Source: a virus
DNA length: 38,818 bases
IMG/VR virus record: IMGVR_UViG_3300045988_111050
Span: 1-38,818 of that record
Strand: one strand, 5' to 3'
Both the position numbers and the translations under genes were made by a program. Positions 34,346-38,818 of the stretch are shown here, piece after piece (the stretch's first letter is position 1; every line of letters begins with the position of its first letter). Under the pieces are notes generated by a model that made no database searches, was not told the DNA's origin, and saw nothing but the letters and a program-made list of their open reading frames with translations.

Positions 34346-35005
34346 ATGACTGAAAAGATTTGTTTTATTGTAACTGCCATTGGTGAATCTGGAACACCTA
34401 CCAGAGAACGAGCTGACAACGTATATAGATATCTTATCGCTCCTGTTTGTGAAGAACTTGGTTATAGACCTGTTCGTGTTGATCACGTCAATGCGGTTGA
34501 CAACATCAACGAAACAGTTATAAACTACCTCAAAACTGCCCCTATGGTCATAGCAGATATGACTGAACATAATCCTAATGCGTTTTATGAATTAGGTTTC
34601 AGGCAAGCCCGAGAACTCCCCCTTGTACCAATCATAAAGGTAGGAGAAAGACTTCCTTTCGATGTTATTACAACTCGTACCGTATTCTACGATACCGATG
34701 TGGCAAAAATTGAAGATTCTAAAGAAAATTTGAAATCTAAAATACTAAGTTTTGAAAACTTCGAAATGCCTGAGAGTCGTGCCGAAAGAAGTCTTACACT
34801 TGATGATCTCAATGACAATTTGACCAAAAAGCTAAACAAGATACTAAATCTGTTAGAAAAACAACAGTCTTATTCTTCTTTCACACCAATCAAAGATATA
34901 AAAGTAAAACCGTTTATATCCGAACATCAGTCATTGATTCAACAAGCTCAAGAGATACTCAATCGGACACAGAACCATCCATTATTCCCCGAAGATAAGA
35001 AATAG
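34346..35005 (+). CDS. Hypothetical 219-aa protein, lysogeny-strand moron; N-terminal Rossmann-like alpha/beta domain (NDT/TIR/SLOG-like by pattern), helical C-terminus
   Basis: It is the only plus-strand gene within the minus-strand block and has its own promoter, RBS and terminator. Pattern: KICFIVTAIG...YRPVRVD...PMVIADMTEHNPNAFYELGFRQA...PLVPIIK. Confidence 0.8.
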   Translation: MTEKICFIVTAIGESGTPTRERADNVYRYLIAPVCEELGYRPVRVDHVNAVDNINETVINYLKTAPMVIADMTEHNPNAFYELGFRQARELPLVPIIKVGERLPFDVITTRTVFYDTDVAKIEDSKENLKSKILSFENFEMPESRAERSLTLDDLNDNLTKKLNKILNLLEKQQSYSSFTPIKDIKVKPFISEHQSLIQQAQEILNRTQNHPLFPEDKK

Positions 35006-35111
35006 CTAGCTCTTGCTGACTTTGAAGTTCAATAACCTCAGCAACTTTTTGATTTATAAGTCTAACCGTCCTCAATACTTCATTGAGGGCTGTTTTTTCT
35101 AGTTCGTTCAT
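34959..35111 (-). CDS. Possible small protein (50 aa) following cro, convergently overlapping the 219-aa gene, not in the ORF track
   Basis: AGGAGGATAGCATG start at 35111. Translation MNELEKTALNEVLRTVRLINQKVAEVIELQSQQELAISYLRGIMDGSVSD. Confidence 0.4.
   Translation of the reverse strand: MNELEKTALNEVLRTVRLINQKVAEVIELQSQQELAISYLRGIMDGSVSD
35068..35098 (+). terminator. Intrinsic terminator of the 219-aa gene
   Basis: Stem (gt)cctcaat / attgagg(gc) with loop acttc, followed by TGTTTTTT. There is no U-tract on the minus strand. Confidence 0.7.
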
Positions 35112-35120
35112 GCTATCCTC

Positions 35121-35327
35121 CTACTCAAATTTTTCCCACGACTCGCTGATCCGCAACTTTTTATTGATGCGAAGTTTCAAGTCATCGCTCCCTTTTCCAT
35201 CTTTAAATAGCTGTGTGATGGCTGATGAGCTAACACCAACTACGATAGCTAGGTCAGTTTGCGACCATCCACGTTTATTGATGCGCTCTTTCACAAGCTC
35301 AATCCACTTACGATGTTGTTGGCTCAT
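35121..35327 (-). CDS. Cro-like HTH regulator (68 aa), first gene of the early lytic operon
   Basis: HTH motif WSQTDLAIVVGVSSSAITQLFKDGKG. It diverges from the cI-like gene across the switch region. Confidence 0.8.
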   Translation of the reverse strand: MSQQHRKWIELVKERINKRGWSQTDLAIVVGVSSSAITQLFKDGKGSDDLKLRINKKLRISESWEKFE

Positions 35328-35389
35328 ACACTCTTCTCCTTTCTAACTAGTTTAAAGTTAAAGAGTTAGTAAAATATTTTATAAAACAC

Positions 35390-35418
35390 TTGACAATTTT
35401 AAATAAATAATTTAAAAT
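35390..35418 (+). promoter_or_regulatory. Rightward promoter TTGACA-17-TAAAAT in the genetic switch
   Basis: Hexamers and spacing read directly. The -35 element overlaps TTGTCA on the opposite strand. Confidence 0.6.
35393..35416. promoter_or_regulatory. Operator-like 24-bp repeat copy 1 (ACAATTTTAAATAAATAATTTAAA, containing TTAAAT-N5-ATTTAA)
   Basis: Identical to 35569..35592. Confidence 0.6.
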
Positions 35419-35568
35419 GAAGGCATAATTAAAAACCTTGATAAAACGTTGTATCTATCAATTTTCTTGCTCGCCAAAGCCATTTATTTTTAGATAAGTT
35501 TTAACTTCGTTTTTTACTAACTCATTAACTTACAAAAACTATTTTAAATCATTTATTTAATTTTGTCA

Positions 35569-35592
35569 ACAATTTTAAATAAATAATTTAAA
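35569..35592. promoter_or_regulatory. Operator-like 24-bp repeat copy 2
   Basis: Identical to 35393..35416. It lies 38 nt upstream of the cI-like start. Confidence 0.6.
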
Positions 35593-35629
35593 TATTTTTT
35601 GTCAATCTCCTAGAAAGGTTGATAAAACA

Positions 35630-35983
35630 ATGTTACTAACTTTTGAAAGAATAAAAGAACTTGCAAATAAACAAGGGCTTTCGATAAATGCATTGGAAGA
35701 AAAGCTTGGATATAGCAGAAATACACTCTACTCTTTAAAAAAACAAAAAGCTAGTACAGAAAGAATGCAAGAAATTGCCGACTATTTAAATGTATCTTTG
35801 GATTATTTACTCGGTCGCACAGACAACCCAGCGATAGCAAGTGGTGACACAATCGCAGGATACACGTCTGACGACTTGCGAAAAATGGCAGAAAATGCCA
35901 AGACCTTCGATGGTAAACCACTCACAGAGGCGGACATCGACGCTATCCAAAATATCATTGAGATTTATTTGAGAGGTAGATAG
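35630..35983 (+). CDS. cI-like repressor (XRE HTH, 117 aa)
   Basis: HTH motif LSINALEEKLGYSRNTLYSLKKQK with ADYLNVSLDYLLGRTD. It is followed by an ImmA-like gene. Confidence 0.85.
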   Translation: MLLTFERIKELANKQGLSINALEEKLGYSRNTLYSLKKQKASTERMQEIADYLNVSLDYLLGRTDNPAIASGDTIAGYTSDDLRKMAENAKTFDGKPLTEADIDAIQNIIEIYLRGR

Positions 35984-35986
35984 CTT

Positions 35987-36367
35987 ATGACTATTGAAGA
36001 GCTTGTTGACTCGCACGGCGTTACTCTCGCTTACTTTGATAATGAGCTTTGGCACAGACCAGGCATCTACATCAAAGATATCAATATTATCTTTATAAAT
36101 CGTGAGTTGTCTGAGAACGCCAAAAAACGGGTCATATACCACGAATTAGGACATCTGGATCATTCTGCTGAACTTTATCAAAACAATCGTACTCGATGTG
36201 AAAATGAAGCAAATAGGCACATGATCCATAAGTTGCTCGAAGAAGAGCTTGCAGCATCAGATGACCACAAGTCTTTTAATTATTTACATTTTATGCAAAA
36301 ACACAAATTAAAGACGGTGACAGATGAGTTGATGGTCATTGATGAGTACTACGAATTGATAGGATGA
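35987..36367 (+). CDS. ImmA/IrrE-like zinc metalloprotease (anti-repressor protease)
   Basis: HELGH motif (VIYHELGHLDH), 126 aa, immediately downstream of the repressor. Confidence 0.8.
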   Translation: MTIEELVDSHGVTLAYFDNELWHRPGIYIKDINIIFINRELSENAKKRVIYHELGHLDHSAELYQNNRTRCENEANRHMIHKLLEEELAASDDHKSFNYLHFMQKHKLKTVTDELMVIDEYYELIG

Positions 36368-36371
36368 AAAT

Positions 36372-36917
36372 ATGGACTTCAAAAAAATAAAAGATCTAGC
36401 AAAAACTGCAGTCGATAAGACCGCAGAAGGTATAAGTAAAGCTAACGATATGAGAAAAAAGGCAGCACTAGAAACAAAAATAACTTTACCGGCAAGTAAT
36501 CAATTTTCTAGTCCTACTACTGTTCGAAAAACGGTTGATGGCCAATACTACATTGGTATGTACTCAGAAGAACCTGTGCTTTACGAATTTGAGAACTTTA
36601 GTTTTTCTGGCTCTACAATTATCGAACGTACAACTACTACAGGAAAAACCAAGCAAAAAGGCAAGAAAACTAGTACACTTGCTGGTGCTGCTTTAGGCAC
36701 TGCTTTAGCGCCGGGACTTGGAACGATCGTTGGCGGAATGGTTGGGGCTTCTGGTAAGAAAAAAGGAACCATCAATTCTACATCAGTTACTACACAAGAA
36801 GAAAAACCAGGATCAGCATCGGTATTACTAAGAAATATTGCAACTGGTGAAATCAAAACCATTTCAACTAAATTAACACAAGCGCAAGCAAATAATGTCG
36901 AAAGATTTTTTGAATAA
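36372..36917 (+). CDS. Hypothetical protein with glycine-zipper membrane segment (candidate superinfection-exclusion protein)
   Basis: Segment LAGAALGTALAPGLGTIVGGMVGASG. Its position between the repressor module and the integrase is typical of sie/ltp-type genes. Confidence 0.65.
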   Translation: MDFKKIKDLAKTAVDKTAEGISKANDMRKKAALETKITLPASNQFSSPTTVRKTVDGQYYIGMYSEEPVLYEFENFSFSGSTIIERTTTTGKTKQKGKKTSTLAGAALGTALAPGLGTIVGGMVGASGKKKGTINSTSVTTQEEKPGSASVLLRNIATGEIKTISTKLTQAQANNVERFFE

Positions 36918-37038
36918 ATAAAAAAATCCCCACACTCTCCGACGGCAATCTTGAGTGTGAGGATCAGCATGTATAGTAAAAGGCATTAAAAAGCTCTCTT
37001 TACTGTACCCATTTTATCAAAAAGTGAGGTGAAAATCA

Positions 37039-38190
37039 ATGTGGATGGAAGAACTTGCAAACGGAAAATATAAATTTTTTGAGCGCTACAAAGATCCCTA
37101 CACTGAAAAGCGGAAAAGAGTATCTGTGACTCTCGACTCAGGATCGGCAAGAGCAAAAAAAGAAGCTCAGAAGCTTTTAGATGAGAAGATAGATAAGGTT
37201 ATTCAGAAACTTTCGACATCAGATAGATTGTTTGCTGATTTGTTGGATGAATGGTGGACCTTCTACCAAAGGAGCGTAAGGCGGTCTAGTGTCCGGGCTC
37301 GTAAACCAGCGTACAAAAGATTATTAAAAGACTTTGCCTCGAACGTTCCGATACGCAATATTGATGTTGCTTATGTTAAAAAATATATTGCAAATTCCGA
37401 CTACACAGCTTCCCAACTCAATCATATCAAAGCTGTTTTAAATGGAGTTTTTGATTATGCCCAGGAACTAAAAATTATAAACGATAACCCAGCTCGAGCA
37501 ACTACGCTCCCTAAGCGCATTTTAACGCTGGACGATATAAAAACAATCAGTGAAAAGTACCTGGAACCTGAAGAACTCAACTCGCTTTTGAAAGAATTAT
37601 ACAGAACCCCCCGAACCTATAGAGCAGGGCTACTCGCTGAATTTATGTCTTTGAACGGCTGCCGCATTGGCGAAGCTGTAGCTATCGAAAAACACAATTT
37701 TCACCGAGAAAGTAGAGAATTGGATATACACGGGACATTAGATAGCATTGATAAAAACGCTAAGAAAGAACTAACGAAAACTCTATCAAGCTACCGCACG
37801 ACTAATCTGACTAACCGAGAAAAAGAGATTATAGATGAATTTATCAAGCTAAATGACCTAGCCAAAAACACGGATCCAAATTGGCCTGATACAGACTACA
37901 TTTTTCTCAACAATCAAGGAAAGCCAATACAGCGAAACGCTTTTAACATTACCCTGCAGAAAGCCAATCAGAGATTGGATAAGCCGATTAATAAGCCCCT
38001 CAGCTCCCACATCTTTAGGCACACCTTAATTAGTATGCTTGCTGAAAGAAACATACCTGTAAAAGCCATTATGGCCAGAGTCGGACACAAAGACTCTAAA
38101 ACCACCATGCAAATCTACACCCATGTCACAAAAAGTATGAAAACGAATATAGAGAATATTTTAGATGCGATTGCCAATGACAGAAAGTAA
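37039..38190 (+). CDS. int: Tyrosine integrase
   Basis: C-terminal catalytic motifs LNGCRIGEAVAI (Arg), HIFRHTLISML (HxxR) and GHKDSKTTMQIYTHV (His...Tyr). GAGGTG RBS. Confidence 0.95.
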   Translation: MWMEELANGKYKFFERYKDPYTEKRKRVSVTLDSGSARAKKEAQKLLDEKIDKVIQKLSTSDRLFADLLDEWWTFYQRSVRRSSVRARKPAYKRLLKDFASNVPIRNIDVAYVKKYIANSDYTASQLNHIKAVLNGVFDYAQELKIINDNPARATTLPKRILTLDDIKTISEKYLEPEELNSLLKELYRTPRTYRAGLLAEFMSLNGCRIGEAVAIEKHNFHRESRELDIHGTLDSIDKNAKKELTKTLSSYRTTNLTNREKEIIDEFIKLNDLAKNTDPNWPDTDYIFLNNQGKPIQRNAFNITLQKANQRLDKPINKPLSSHIFRHTLISMLAERNIPVKAIMARVGHKDSKTTMQIYTHVTKSMKTNIENILDAIANDRK

Positions 38191-38195
38191 AAATT

Positions 38196-38212
38196 TGCCC
38201 CTTTTTTGCCCC
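38196..38212. repeat. 17-bp direct repeat TGCCCCTTTTTTGCCCC, copy 1 (itself two TGCCCC units 11 bp apart)
   Basis: Identical to 38412..38428. It lies 6 nt after the integrase stop. Confidence 0.9.
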
Positions 38213-38223
38213 CTGCAACAAAT

Positions 38224-38270
38224 AAAAACCCTGCTAACAACGCCAGAACGTTGATATAGCAAGGTTTTTT
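38224..38270 (+). terminator. Long imperfect hairpin plus T6, terminator of the integrase operon (A-run upstream makes it potentially bidirectional)
   Basis: Outer stem aaaaacc(c)tgcta / tagca(a)ggttttt, with inner stem caacg/cgttg. Confidence 0.65.
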
Positions 38271-38411
38271 AATTATTATTAACGTACTGTACGGATATAG
38301 ACAGCATCAAACTGGAAAAGATAAAATGCGATAAAACCCCATAAAATAAGCCTTTATGAGCCGCAAAGTACGTCTGCTTCTTGCTATAAAAATACAAAAG
38401 TTTACTACTTA

Positions 38412-38428
38412 TGCCCCTTTTTTGCCCC
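38412..38428. repeat. 17-bp direct repeat, copy 2
   Basis: Identical to 38196..38212. Confidence 0.9.
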
Positions 38429-38602
38429 TCTTTTGCTTGGCTTTCGCGTGAAAAATTACGCGCAAACAGACCGACATCGCTGTCGGCCTGCTCAAGTCCG
38501 TCAGAGCGGACAATTCTGAAAATGTCCTCTAGAAAAGAAAAAAGTAGGAGATTATATATTTATATAAATTATTTTAAAAAAATAATTTTTTTGAAGAAAA
38601 CA

Positions 38603-38631
38603 CTTGACTATAACGGTATACCGTTATATAA
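38603..38631 (+). promoter_or_regulatory. Near-consensus promoter TTGACT-17-TATAAT with a 20-bp perfect palindrome (38608..38627, TATAACGGTATACCGTTATA) filling the spacer
   Basis: Hexamers, spacing and palindrome read directly. An AT-rich inverted repeat lies upstream. AGGAGG RBS and the ATG at 38665 lie downstream. Confidence 0.75.
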
Positions 38632-38664
38632 TATAATCAAGGATAAGGAAAGGAGGTGAGGAAA

Positions 38665-38811
38665 ATGGACAAGGAAGATTGGCTCAGGTTACTTGATAAA
38701 GTAATCGATAATGGGCCAGCCTACATCACAGCTCTAACGGGTGCGTATGCGACATACAAACTCTGGAGCAAAGAAAAAAAGCGAAAACCTAGACCTCGCA
38801 AGTTTAAGTAA
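38665..38811 (+). CDS. Small protein (48 aa) with a strongly basic C-terminal tail; first gene of the accessory operon, not in the ORF track
   Basis: AGGAGG lies 8 nt upstream of the ATG. Translation MDKEDWLRLLDKVIDNGPAYITALTGAYATYKLWSKEKKRKPRPRKFK. Its 3' end lies in the terminal overlap. Confidence 0.6.
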   Translation: MDKEDWLRLLDKVIDNGPAYITALTGAYATYKLWSKEKKRKPRPRKFK

Positions 38812-38818
38812 TCGCCTT
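38764..38818. repeat. 55-bp terminal overlap, identical to 1..55
   Basis: Base-by-base identity. Confidence 0.95.

Larger units (their letters stand above)
1..38818. mobile_element. Complete temperate siphovirus (prophage-type) genome, circularly closed contig
   Basis: Full set of lysogeny, replication, packaging, head, tail and lysis modules is present. The ends overlap by an identical 55 bp. Confidence 0.9.

Noticed and set aside
34319-34570. 83-aa minus-strand ORF overlapping the start of the 219-aa gene
   Set aside because: It is antisense to a gene with clear promoter, RBS and terminator signals. It has no RBS and an implausible sequence.
36921-36962. Hairpin after the glycine-zipper gene as a terminator
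   Set aside because: The stem (cacactc/gagtgtg) has a 15-nt loop and no plus-strand U-tract, with only an upstream A-run. It is too weak to call with confidence.
36581-36970. 129-aa minus-strand ORF antisense to the glycine-zipper gene
   Set aside because: It is the mirror frame of a Gly/Ala-rich gene, has no RBS, and disagrees with the operon orientation.
38411-38659. 82-aa plus-strand ORF from the ORF track
   Set aside because: It has no RBS. It spans the 17-bp repeat, three hairpins and the accessory promoter, so the region is better explained as regulatory or attP DNA.

Overview
The window is one complete, circularly closed temperate siphovirus genome. It has about 38.76 kb of unique sequence, and bases 1..55 are identical to 38764..38818, which looks like an assembler overlap. 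The gene content resembles phages of low-GC Gram-positive cocci, Streptococcus-like; the host call is inference only. Almost all genes lie on the minus strand as one long early-to-late array. In transcription order (descending coordinates) these are: Cro-like switch gene (35327), early small genes, and a replication/recombination module (HNH, Gp157-like, RuvC-like, SF2 helicase, ERF, SSB, PrimPol, VirE/D5-like helicase, iteron origin at 25670..26004). Then come a late regulator, TerS/TerL, portal, MuF, scaffold, capsid, connectors, major tail protein, G/GT chaperones with a -1 frameshift, TMP, Dit, Tal, and a lysis cassette (two membrane proteins plus a CHAP endolysin ending at 1716). The plus strand carries the lysogeny module: cI-like repressor, ImmA-like protease, a glycine-zipper protein, a tyrosine integrase and putative attP. 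It also carries a wrap-around accessory operon between int/attP and the lysin: a consensus promoter with a 20-bp palindromic operator, a 48-aa peptide, a 57-aa HTH protein, orf112, and a truncated large serine recombinase. Six loci merit follow-up as possibly novel. (1) A self-promoted 219-aa plus-strand gene embedded antisense in the early lytic operon. (2) The operator-controlled accessory operon with a second, truncated recombinase. (3) Two paralogous plus-strand units (promoter, hairpin, U-tract) that look like about 45-nt cis-antisense sRNAs facing regulatory genes. (4) A GC-rich element after the MuF gene with riboswitch-like P1, antiterminator and terminator logic. (5) A MuF protein with a C-terminal nuclease/toxin-like extension followed by a terminator-bounded small-gene cassette. 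(6) A promoter-proximal terminator between the late regulator and terS, suggesting antitermination control. No tRNA, rRNA, CRISPR array or reverse transcriptase was seen. All family assignments are from motif recognition by eye, with no searches run.
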